64,000 nt of DNA from an uncultured Chloroflexia bacterium (GTDB taxonomy: Bacteria; Chloroflexota; Limnocylindria; Limnocylindrales; CSP1-4): contig CAVTAW010000002.1 of the NCBI GenBank assembly GCA_963732805.1, forward strand, positions 538,463 to 602,462, read 5' to 3'. The notes under the pieces are model-generated. The model did not search any database. It was not told the DNA's origin and was given only the letters and a program-made list of their open reading frames with translations. The position numbers and the translations under genes were made by a program. Shown in pieces: positions 56,321 to 64,000 of this stretch (the stretch's first letter is position 1; each line of letters opens with the position of its first letter).

Positions 56321-56372
56321 CTGTTCCCTCCGAGTGCCGAGGCATCGCACGCGCGACCCATCGGCGCGAGGA

Positions 56373-57158
56373 CTACTGGGTCGCCGTGAGACCGCCGTCG
56401 ATGCCCAGGATCTGGCCGGTGATGAACGACGCGGCGTCCGAGCACAGGAACAGGGCCGCACCTGTCAGGTCGTCGGTGGTGCCGACGCGGCCGATCGGGA
56501 TGCGGTTGACGATGCCGGCCTTGAACGCCGGGTCGCCGAGCAGCATCGCGACCTGTGGGGTGTCCACGAAGGTGGGGGAGATCGCGTTGACCGTGATGCC
56601 GTGCTTCGCCCATTCGGTCGCCCATTGGCGGGTGAGCGAGCTGATCGCGCCCTTGGCCGCCACGTAGGCGGAGTAGCCGGCGTTGATGCCCAGCGACGCG
56701 CGGACCGACGAGATGTTGAGCACCCGACCGCCGTTGCCGGCCTGGATCATCGCGCGGACCGCGAACTGGGTCGCCACGAGGGTGCTGCGGACGTTGAGGT
56801 CGTAGATCCAGTCCCAGGCGTCGCGGGGGTACACCTCGGCATCGAACAGCACCTTGCCCGCGCCGCCGCCGACAGCGTTGACGATGATGTCCAGCCGCCC
56901 GTAGGCGTCCAGCGCCTGCCGGACGATCCGCTCCGCGTCGCCCTCGTCGGTGACGTCGGCAACGACGCCCATGCAGATCCCGCCCGCCTCGCACACCCGG
57001 TCCGCGGAGCTGGTGGCCCGGTCCTCGGTGCGGTCCACCACCACGACGCGCGCGCCGGCGCTCGCGAGACCCGCGCCGATCGCGGAGCCGATGGCGCCGC
57101 CCCCGCCGGCGATGATGGCAACCCGCCCATCGAGCCTGAACGTGTCGAGCAGCGGCAC
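56373..57158 (-). CDS. Short-chain dehydrogenase/reductase (gluconate-5-dehydrogenase-like)
   Basis: GTG at 57158 lies 7 nt after GGAGGG. The alternative ATG at 57179 sits inside operator site d. ..AGGGGAIG.. ..YSAYVAAK.. Confidence 0.8.
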   Translation of the reverse strand: MPLLDTFRLDGRVAIIAGGGGAIGSAIGAGLASAGARVVVVDRTEDRATSSADRVCEAGGICMGVVADVTDEGDAERIVRQALDAYGRLDIIVNAVGGGAGKVLFDAEVYPRDAWDWIYDLNVRSTLVATQFAVRAMIQAGNGGRVLNISSVRASLGINAGYSAYVAAKGAISSLTRQWATEWAKHGITVNAISPTFVDTPQVAMLLGDPAFKAGIVNRIPIGRVGTTDDLTGAALFLCSDAASFITGQILGIDGGLTATQ

Positions 57159-57173
57159 TGTGGTCCCTCCGTT

Positions 57174-57217
57174 GATCATCGATTATCGAGAATAGGTCAT
57201 GCGGGGTGCCCGGTCAA
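57174..57217 (-). promoter_or_regulatory. Promoter plus ATCGAT-core operator, site d (SDR-MBL-ADH operon)
   Basis: Minus strand: TTGACC (57212-57217), 17 nt, TATTCT (57189-57194), directly followed by CGATAATCGATGATC. Same hexamers and spacing as site b. Confidence 0.65.
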
Positions 57218-57263
57218 CGACAGGGGGCTCGCGCGTCGCCTGCCACCGTGGCACGATCGGCGC

Positions 57264-58235
57264 ATGGATGCGCGATCGTTCCGTGCCGCGCTCGACGCGG
57301 AGGGCGTGCTGCTCCTGGACGGCGGCCTGGCCACCCAGCTCGAGGCGCAGGGCGCCGACCTGTCCGACCGGCTGTGGTCCGCCCGGCTGCTGGTCGAGGA
57401 CCCCGAGGAGATCATCGCGGCCCACCTTGCCTATTTCCGCGCCGGTGCGCGGGTCGCCACGACGGCGAGCTACCAGGCGACGTTCGAGGGACTCGCGGCG
57501 CGGGGGATCGGCCACGGTGCGGCGGCCGGGATCCTCCGGCGCAGCGTGGCGCTGGCATCGACGGCGCGGGAGCGATATCGCTCCGAGACCGTGACCGCGG
57601 ACGGGCACCCAGCAGCCCCGCTGTTCGTCGCTGCCTCGATCGGACCCTACGGCGCGATGCTCGCCGACGGCTCCGAGTACCGGGGGCGGTACGGCACCCC
57701 GGTCGCGCAGCTGGCGGCATTCCACCGCGAGCGCCTGGCCGTCCTCGCGGCCACCGACGCGGATGTGCTGGCGGTCGAGACGATCCCGGACCTGGACGAA
57801 GCGGCGGCCATCGTGCGCCTGCTGGACGAGGTCCCGGCGGCCGCCGGGTGGATCAGCTTCGCGTGCGCCGATGGCGGGCACCTGCGCAGCGGCGCGCCCA
57901 TCGAGGAGGCCGTCGCCGTCGTGGCCGGGAGTCCGGCCGTCATCGCGGTCGGGGTCAACTGCACGGCGCCGGAGCACGTCGACGAGCTCGTCGGGCGGGT
58001 TCGCTCGGTCACCGATCTGCCGATCGTCGCGTATCCCAACAGCGGCGAAGGCTGGGACGCCGTCGCGCGCCGGTGGACGGGTGCGGCCGGGGCACGGGTC
58101 GATGCACCAGCCGCGCGCCGGTGGCGCGCCGCCGGTGCCGCCCTGATCGGCGGCTGTTGCCGGGTGACGCCCGAGCAGATCGCAGGCCTGGCCATCGCGC
58201 TCCGGCCGGCCGGCCCGCGCGCGATGGGTCAGTGA
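57264..58235 (+). CDS. mmuM: Homocysteine S-methyltransferase
   Basis: ..LLLDGGLATQLE.. ..VAYPNSGE.. ..GGCCRVTP.. (Zn-binding cysteines). Confidence 0.85.
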   Translation: MDARSFRAALDAEGVLLLDGGLATQLEAQGADLSDRLWSARLLVEDPEEIIAAHLAYFRAGARVATTASYQATFEGLAARGIGHGAAAGILRRSVALASTARERYRSETVTADGHPAAPLFVAASIGPYGAMLADGSEYRGRYGTPVAQLAAFHRERLAVLAATDADVLAVETIPDLDEAAAIVRLLDEVPAAAGWISFACADGGHLRSGAPIEEAVAVVAGSPAVIAVGVNCTAPEHVDELVGRVRSVTDLPIVAYPNSGEGWDAVARRWTGAAGARVDAPAARRWRAAGAALIGGCCRVTPEQIAGLAIALRPAGPRAMGQ

Positions 58236-59815
58236 ACGCGGGACTCGTAGCCCTTCCAGAACGGCTCGCGGAGCTCGGTCTTCAGGACCTTGCCCGTCCC
58301 GCCCTTGGGCAGCGAATCGCGGAAGTGGAACTCGCGCGGAACCTTGAACCGGGCAAGGTTCGCCCGGCAGTGGGCGCGCAGCTGGGCCACGGTCACGTTG
58401 GCCCCGGGCTTGAGCACGACGAGTGCAACCGGCGCCTCGCCGAAGCTCTTGTCCGGCGCCGCCACGACGGCGACCTCGAGCACGGCCGGATGCGCGGCGA
58501 TCGCATTCTCGACCTCGACCGATGACAGGTTCTCGCCGCCCCGGATGATCACGTCCTTGGACCGGTCCTTGATCAGGACGTAACCGGCCTCGTCGATGGT
58601 GGCCATGTCGCCGGTGTGGAGCCAGCCGTCACGCAGGGCCTGGGCCGTCGTGTCCGGATCTCGGTAGTAGCCCTGCATCACGCCGTGGCCGCGCACCACG
58701 ATCTCGCCGATCTGCTCCCCGTCCGCGCGCACGTCCGCGCCATCCGCGGTCACCACGCGAATGGACGTGCCGGGCAGGGCCCAGCCGGTCATCGCCTGGC
58801 GATCGCTGCGTCGCTCGGGCGGTTCGGCACCGGTGACGACGTCGCGCGGCGAGGCGAGGGTGATGATCGGCGAGGTCTCGGACAGGCCGTAGCCGACGAT
58901 CGCCTGGACCCCGAACGACTCCTCCAGGCCCCGGACGAGCGAGGGTGACGCCGGTGCCCCGCCGATGATCAGCTGGCGCAGGCTGGACAGGTCGTGCTTC
59001 GGCCGTTCGCTGCTGTGGAGGACGGCGTTGAAGATCGCCGGAACGCCCAGCAGCCGGGTCACCCGGTGGCGCTCCACGTGCTCGATCAGGGCGACCGGAT
59101 CGAACTTGCGCAGCATCACGTGCCGGCCGCCGACCATGGTCAGGAAGTGCGGCACGCCCCAGCCGTTGACGTGGAACAGCGGCACCACGTGGAGCACCAC
59201 GTCGTCCTCGCCGAACCCGAGCGCGATCTCGGCGTTGAGGGCGTGCAGGTACAGCTGTCGGTGGGTCAGGGCGACGCCCTTCGGCAACCCCGTCGTTCCG
59301 CTGGTGTAGAACAGCTCGGCCACCGCTGTCTCGTCGACCTGCGGATGCCGCGGCTCGGGCGAGCCGCCCGCGATCAGGGACTCGTAGTCGTCGCTCGCGA
59401 TCCCGAGGGCCTCGCCCTCGATGATCACGAGCCGCGGTCGCGCCGACAGCCGGGGCACGATCGACTCGACCAGCGGCAGGAAGTCGCGGTGGAAGGCGAC
59501 GACCTTCGATCCGGCATGGTCGAGGATGTACGCGATCTCGTGGGGTGCCAGGCGGATGTTCACGGGGTTGAGGACGGCCCCGGCCTCGAGCACCCCGTAG
59601 TAGGCCTCGAGCAGCTGGTGGGTGTTGTAGGTCAGGAACGACACCCGGTCACCCGGCTCGATCCCCAGCCCGACAAGCGCATTCGCCAGGCGATGGGTCC
59701 GCTCGGCATAGGTCCGGTAGCTGAACTCGGACTCGCCGTCGACCACGCCGACCTTGTCGCCGAAGAACGTGGCGGCACGGTCGCGGAACTCGAGCACGGA
59801 CATGGGGATGAACAC
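58229..59815 (-). CDS. AMP-dependent acyl-CoA synthetase/ligase
   Basis: ..LFYTSGTTGLPKGV.. ..YGLSETS.. ..TGDMA.. ..GKVLK.. Start is GTG 59815 (after GGAGGAGG) or ATG 59803. Confidence 0.85.
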   Translation of the reverse strand: MFIPMSVLEFRDRAATFFGDKVGVVDGESEFSYRTYAERTHRLANALVGLGIEPGDRVSFLTYNTHQLLEAYYGVLEAGAVLNPVNIRLAPHEIAYILDHAGSKVVAFHRDFLPLVESIVPRLSARPRLVIIEGEALGIASDDYESLIAGGSPEPRHPQVDETAVAELFYTSGTTGLPKGVALTHRQLYLHALNAEIALGFGEDDVVLHVVPLFHVNGWGVPHFLTMVGGRHVMLRKFDPVALIEHVERHRVTRLLGVPAIFNAVLHSSERPKHDLSSLRQLIIGGAPASPSLVRGLEESFGVQAIVGYGLSETSPIITLASPRDVVTGAEPPERRSDRQAMTGWALPGTSIRVVTADGADVRADGEQIGEIVVRGHGVMQGYYRDPDTTAQALRDGWLHTGDMATIDEAGYVLIKDRSKDVIIRGGENLSSVEVENAIAAHPAVLEVAVVAAPDKSFGEAPVALVVLKPGANVTVAQLRAHCRANLARFKVPREFHFRDSLPKGGTGKVLKTELREPFWKGYESRVH

Positions 59816-59931
59816 GACGTGACCTCCTCCGCTGGCAGCATCCGTGAGTTTGCACCCGCCGCAGGCGCGATGCCGTGCGCTTGGGCACAATGCACCGGCG
59901 TCCGTGAGCCGACTGTTGGAAGGGACCCAGC

Positions 59932-60591
59932 GTGCGTCGTGGCCTCCTGATCCTGGCGATGACCCTCGCTGTCGCCGCGTGCGGGTCGGGGGAGATCGCC
60001 TCACCCACGGCTCCACCCGAGTCTCCGCTGGCCGCCGGGACGCATACGTCGGCGGCATTCGAGCCGGCCGTTACGTTCACGGTGCCCGACGGCTGGGTCC
60101 TCGCCACGGACTCCGCGGGATACCTTCAGCTCCGGCCGGCCGATCAGCAGCTGCTCGGGATCCACCTGTTCCGGGGTGTCGCCGCCGCGTCGCAGGACCC
60201 GGCCTGCCCCGCCGATCCCGAGCCCAACGTCGGCGCCTCCTCGATCGAGCTGGTGAGCTGGATCCGCGGGCTCCAGGGGCTGACCGTGAGCAGCCCGGCA
60301 TTGGTCACCGTCGGCGGCCTGCGCGGCAGCTCGATCGACATCGGGATCGCGGACGGCTGGACCCAGTCCTGCTCGTTTGCCAACGGCATCCCGACGGTTC
60401 CGCTGCTCGTCGAGCAGGGGATCGGGCTGCGCTGGGTGATCGCGGGCGGGGAGCGGCTGCGGCTGTACCTCCTGGACCTGCCCGACGGCGGCACCCTGAT
60501 CGTGGATGTCGACGACTTCGAGGGCAGCCAGTTCACGGCGTTCCTGGGTGTCACCGCGCCGATCGTGAAGTCGCTGCAGTTCGCGACCTGA
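59932..60591 (+). CDS. Hypothetical lipoprotein
   Basis: GTG start after GGAAGGGA. Lipobox ..LAVAAC. Confidence 0.55.
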   Translation: MRRGLLILAMTLAVAACGSGEIASPTAPPESPLAAGTHTSAAFEPAVTFTVPDGWVLATDSAGYLQLRPADQQLLGIHLFRGVAAASQDPACPADPEPNVGASSIELVSWIRGLQGLTVSSPALVTVGGLRGSSIDIGIADGWTQSCSFANGIPTVPLLVEQGIGLRWVIAGGERLRLYLLDLPDGGTLIVDVDDFEGSQFTAFLGVTAPIVKSLQFAT

Positions 60592-60626
60592 CGCGCGATG
60601 GTTGGTCGCAAGCCGGTGTCCGCGTG

Positions 60627-61337
60627 ATGGATCCAGCGGGGCGCCCGTCGGTACGGGTGCTCGCCCTGGTTCCCGGCTACGAGGAGGGCCCCCGGATCGC
60701 CGCTGTCGTCGCGGCCGCCCGACGCCACCTCCCGGTGCTGGTGGTGGATGACGGCTCGACCGACGACACGGCGCCCAACGCCGAGGCGGCGGGCGCCGAG
60801 GTCATCCGGCAACGGCCCAACCAGGGCAAGGGAGCCGCGCTGCGGGCCGGGTTCCGGCGGGCGCTCGACGAGGGGTGGGACGCGGTCGTGACCCTCGACG
60901 CCGACGGCCAGCACGACCCGGCGGAGATCCCGCGCTTCGTCGCCTCGCTCGCGGCGCCGGGAGCATCCGGGGCGCGCCCGGAGCTGGTGATCGGCCGTCG
61001 CGACTTCTCCCGCATGCCGCCGGTGCGGCGCCTTTCGAACACCCTGGGCACCGCGGTGTTCTCGTGGGCGGTGGGCCAGCCCATCGCCGACAACCAATCC
61101 GGGTATCGCCTGCTCGGACGGCGGCTGATGGCCGCGATGCTCGACAGCCGGGAGACCGGGTTCGAGTTCGAGGTGGAGATGATCGCGGTCTGCCTGCGCC
61201 GGGGCTGGACGCTCGACTGGGTCCCGATCTCCACGATCTACGCCGGTGAGCCGAGCCACGTGCGGTCGCTCGCTCACCTGCGGCACTTCGTCCGTGCCAC
61301 GCGCGCGGCTCGGCGACTCGTCCGCGAGGGCCGCTGA
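60627..61337 (+). CDS. Glycosyltransferase family 2
   Basis: ..VVDDGSTDDT.. ..LDADGQHDP.. ..NQSGYR.. Confidence 0.8.
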   Translation: MDPAGRPSVRVLALVPGYEEGPRIAAVVAAARRHLPVLVVDDGSTDDTAPNAEAAGAEVIRQRPNQGKGAALRAGFRRALDEGWDAVVTLDADGQHDPAEIPRFVASLAAPGASGARPELVIGRRDFSRMPPVRRLSNTLGTAVFSWAVGQPIADNQSGYRLLGRRLMAAMLDSRETGFEFEVEMIAVCLRRGWTLDWVPISTIYAGEPSHVRSLAHLRHFVRATRAARRLVREGR

Positions 61338-61538
61338 GGCCGCGGCAGCGGGGCATCGCCGGCGCACGGGCGCTCGACGCGACACCCCCGGAGGGCTCCG
61401 GCCGGGCACCACCGTCATTCGTCGCAGGTCCGGTATGACGCGCGTCCATGCCCGGTCATGGGCGTGCGTCCGATGGCGTCCATCACCGGGCACCGCACGA
61501 TGGGTCGGCCGTCACCACCCGACAAGGAGCCTCCCGCG

Positions 61539-62990
61539 ATGCCCACGCCCGCCGCCGCCCCTGCAGCGCTCCCGACCCCGGCACCGATCCCCGTGCGCCG
61601 GATGGCCTCCGGCTCCGTCCAGGACCACTACCTGGAGCCGCGGGAGCTGCGCGCACTGCGCTCCGTCGTGCGGGGCAAGGTGCTGGTCGAGGGCGACTTC
61701 GGCTACGACGCGGCACGCGGGATCCAGAACACCATCTACGACCGCAGGCCGGCCGTCATCGTGCGCCCCGTGGACGCGCTCGACGTGTCGCGCGCGGTCA
61801 TCACCGCCCGGGACCTGGGTCTCGAGATTGCGGTCAAGGGCGGTGGTCACAGCCTGGCGGGACACTCCGCGATCGAGGGCGGCATGCTGATCGACCTGGG
61901 CGCGATGCGCGGCGTGGACATCGATCCAGTTCGCCGCGTTGGGTGCGCCGAGGGCGGGGTGACGGCGGGTGCCTACACGCTGGCCGCCCACCAGCACGGG
62001 CTGGCCACGCCGTTCGGTGACAGCACGACCGTGGGCCTGGGTGGCCTGACCCTGGGCGGCGGCCTGGGCTGGCTGGTCCGACGACACGGGCTCACGCTCG
62101 ACAGCCTGCTCGAGGCCGAGCTGGTCATGGCCGACGGCCAGGTCGTGACCGTGAACGAGGACAGCGATCCGGACCTGTTCTGGGCGATCCGCGGCGGGGG
62201 CGGCAACTTCGGGATCGCGACCCGCTTCCGGTTCCGGCTTCACCCGGTGGGGACGGTCACCGGGGGCGCGCTCGCCCTGCCGCTGACACGGTCCGTCCTG
62301 CGCAACCTGATCGAGGTGTCGCTGGCGGCCCCCGAGTCGCTCAGCCAGATCACCTCGGTGATCAGCCTCCCGGCCGCGCCCTTCGTGCCCGCTGACGTCG
62401 TCGGGACGCCGGCCGTGGTAGTGATGCCGGTTCATGTAGGCGACCCGACGGCGGGAGCGGCCGCGATGGCCCCGTTCCGGTCGCTGGCCACGCCGATCGC
62501 CGACCTGGTCGGCCCGATCCCGTACCCGGCGATGTACGCGTTCACCCGGGGCGGCGAGCAGCCGGGGCCGGGCGTGCTCCGATCGGCGTTCCTGCCATCC
62601 CTGGACGACGCCGCGATCGACGCCATCGTGGAGCGCCATTCGAGCCCGGCAGGCGCAGCGGCGATGACCCAGCTGCGTGTGCTGGGCGGAGCCATGGCAC
62701 GTGTCGCGAACGATGCGACTGCGTTCGCCCACCGCGATGCGCCGGTGCTCGCGGCGATCATCAGCCACGTCATCGGGTCGCTCGAGGACTCCACCGCCTG
62801 GACCGACCGGTATCTCGCGGACCTCGCCGTCCGGGGCACCGGCGTGTATGCCAACTACCTGGGCGACGAGGGCGAGGCGCGGGTTCGCCAGGCCTATCCG
62901 GCCGCGACGTATGAGCGGCTCGCCATCGTCAAGGGGCGGGTCGATCCCGACAACGTGTTCCACGCGAACCACAACATCCGGCCTGCCTGA
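61539..62990 (+). CDS. FAD-linked oxidase (FAD_binding_4 plus a berberine-bridge-like C-terminus)
   Basis: ATG at 61539 follows AAGGAG. ..IAVKGGGHSLAGHS.. C-terminal ..DPDNVFHANHNIRPA. Confidence 0.8.
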   Translation: MPTPAAAPAALPTPAPIPVRRMASGSVQDHYLEPRELRALRSVVRGKVLVEGDFGYDAARGIQNTIYDRRPAVIVRPVDALDVSRAVITARDLGLEIAVKGGGHSLAGHSAIEGGMLIDLGAMRGVDIDPVRRVGCAEGGVTAGAYTLAAHQHGLATPFGDSTTVGLGGLTLGGGLGWLVRRHGLTLDSLLEAELVMADGQVVTVNEDSDPDLFWAIRGGGGNFGIATRFRFRLHPVGTVTGGALALPLTRSVLRNLIEVSLAAPESLSQITSVISLPAAPFVPADVVGTPAVVVMPVHVGDPTAGAAAMAPFRSLATPIADLVGPIPYPAMYAFTRGGEQPGPGVLRSAFLPSLDDAAIDAIVERHSSPAGAAAMTQLRVLGGAMARVANDATAFAHRDAPVLAAIISHVIGSLEDSTAWTDRYLADLAVRGTGVYANYLGDEGEARVRQAYPAATYERLAIVKGRVDPDNVFHANHNIRPA

Positions 62991-63148
62991 CAGGATCGGT
63001 CGGGGAGCGCCTTGCGTGCCGTCGCCGGACGCTCCGAAGCGCGCGCGGGTAAGGCAACTTCACCCGTCCGCTACCCGTGATGAAGCCTGAGGCGTCATGC
63101 TGGACCGCGCCCGCCCCCTGTCCCGGCGTGCCCGTAGCCCTGAGACGC

Positions 63149-64000
63149 ATGATCGAACCGAACGAACCGGCTGCCGGCTCACCCGAGCCCGCCAGCAGCC
63201 AGGCACGCGAAACCGAGACCCGGATCACCGCAGCGGCGACCCCCGGACCCGACTCCGGCACCATGCCTCCGCCCGGTGCTCCGCCCGCCCCGCCGGTCTT
63301 CAGTGGGCCGGAGCCCCCGCCGCCGCCCCTGCCGATGCCGCCAGGGCGGTCCCGTCGCGACGGCGCATCCCGCTGGCTGATCGCGGTCATGGTGCCCGTC
63401 CTGGCCGTCGTGCTGTTCGCCGGCGGGATGGTGGCCGGGCAGTCGGGCCTCGCCGGCGCGGTCTCGTCCGCCACTGCCACGCCCGCGGCGAGCTCGGCCG
63501 ACGCCGAGCTCGCCCTGATCGAGGAAGCCTGGAACACGATCCACGAGCACTACGTCGATGCCCCGAACCTCGACAACCAGGCGATGGCATATGCCGCGAT
63601 CGGGGGCATGACCGACGCGGTCGGCGACGAGGGCCACACCTCGTTCCTGACCGCCGCCGAGGCGAACGCGGTGGACGAGTCGCTGTCCGGGACGTTCGTC
63701 GGAATTGGCGTCCAGGTCGACACCAATGACAGCAATGGTCCGGTGATCAACACGGTCATCCCCAACACGCCGGCCCAGGAGGCCGGGCTCCAGCGAGGGG
63801 ACAAGATCGTCGCCGTTGACGGGACGCCAACCGATGGCGAGTCGATCGACATGGTCGTATCGAGGATCCGCGGACCGGAAGGGCAGGCGGTGACCCTGAC
63901 CATCTCGCGAGCCGGACGCGCCAACTTCGATGTCACGATCGTCCGCCGCAAGTTCGACCTGCCGCTGGTCAGCTGGACCATGGTGCCCGGTCGGACGGTC
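63149..64000 (+). CDS. S41-family C-terminal processing peptidase with a PDZ domain (3' end outside the window)
   Basis: Pro-rich cytoplasmic tail, one TM (WLIAVMVPVLAVVLFAGGMVA), then ..FVGIGVQV.. ..PAQEAGLQRGDKIVAVDG.. Confidence 0.75.
   Translation, partial: MIEPNEPAAGSPEPASSQARETETRITAAATPGPDSGTMPPPGAPPAPPVFSGPEPPPPPLPMPPGRSRRDGASRWLIAVMVPVLAVVLFAGGMVAGQSGLAGAVSSATATPAASSADAELALIEEAWNTIHEHYVDAPNLDNQAMAYAAIGGMTDAVGDEGHTSFLTAAEANAVDESLSGTFVGIGVQVDTNDSNGPVINTVIPNTPAQEAGLQRGDKIVAVDGTPTDGESIDMVVSRIRGPEGQAVTLTISRAGRANFDVTIVRRKFDLPLVSWTMVPGRTV

Noticed and set aside
57158-57179. ATG 57179 (SDR) and ATG 40503 (transaldolase), the first in-frame starts given by the ORF track.
   Set aside because: Both ATGs are formed by the operator sequence itself (..CGATAATCGATGATC.. 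and ..ATCGATGAT..). Downstream starts have proper Shine-Dalgarno sequences and give typical N-termini. A leaderless start at 57179 cannot be fully excluded.
1-64000. CRISPR arrays, rRNA/tRNA genes, IS elements, integrases and prophage genes.
   Set aside because: I found no regularly spaced short repeats, no rRNA/tRNA-like sequences and no transposase, integrase or phage-type ORFs. The large repeats present are gene duplications without terminal inverted repeats or target-site duplications.

Overview
A 64-kb, roughly 70% GC chromosomal segment from a high-GC bacterium. It has GGAGG-type Shine-Dalgarno sites and many ATGA/GTGA coupled genes, which looks Actinomycetota-like, but the taxon cannot be fixed from this window. 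I support about 60 protein-coding genes. I recognised no rRNA, tRNA, CRISPR array, transposase or integrase.

Layout:
- 1-5.6 kb: a head-to-tail array of at least 3 secreted surface-protein genes with CWB2 cell-wall-binding repeats. The 3' 1.97 kb is identical between copies and the N-terminal domain has diverged.
- 5.6-13.3 kb: a GntR(HutC)-controlled sugar locus with an ABC importer, NodB deacetylase, BadF-type kinase and GH4 6-phospho-glycosidase.
- 13.3-35 kb: mixed housekeeping and accessory genes. These include a REC-CpaE-like ATPase, glutamate decarboxylase, PAP2 plus GT1, a MacB-type ABC exporter, a TetR-MFS pair, MoxR-DUF58-vWA, pxpCBA and a Tyr phosphatase. There is also a deletion scar of an ABC-2 exporter.
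- 35.4-57.2 kb: the most unusual part. A set of operons is tied together by a recurring AT-rich ATCGAT-centred operator that directly abuts the -10 box. It encodes a split transketolase, a transaldolase and a split Tm-1-like pair (UPF0261 plus a PEP-hydrolase-like TIM barrel). It also encodes two phosphohistidine swivel-domain proteins, one of them a PPDK-like protein lacking the PEP/pyruvate barrel. Further genes are an HprK-like P-loop protein, a 3-subunit molybdenum hydroxylase, a cyclase, an MBL hydrolase, an SDR and two GntR(FCD) paralogs. Two near-identical Zn-ADH paralogs lie in inverted orientation around the PPDK-like gene.
- This same region carries six single-base (+1) frameshifts, while I saw none in the other roughly 51 kb.
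- 57-64 kb: mmuM, an acyl-CoA ligase, a lipoprotein, a GT2, a BBE-type FAD oxidase and a partial S41 peptidase.

All functional calls come from motif and family recognition by eye. No database search was run.
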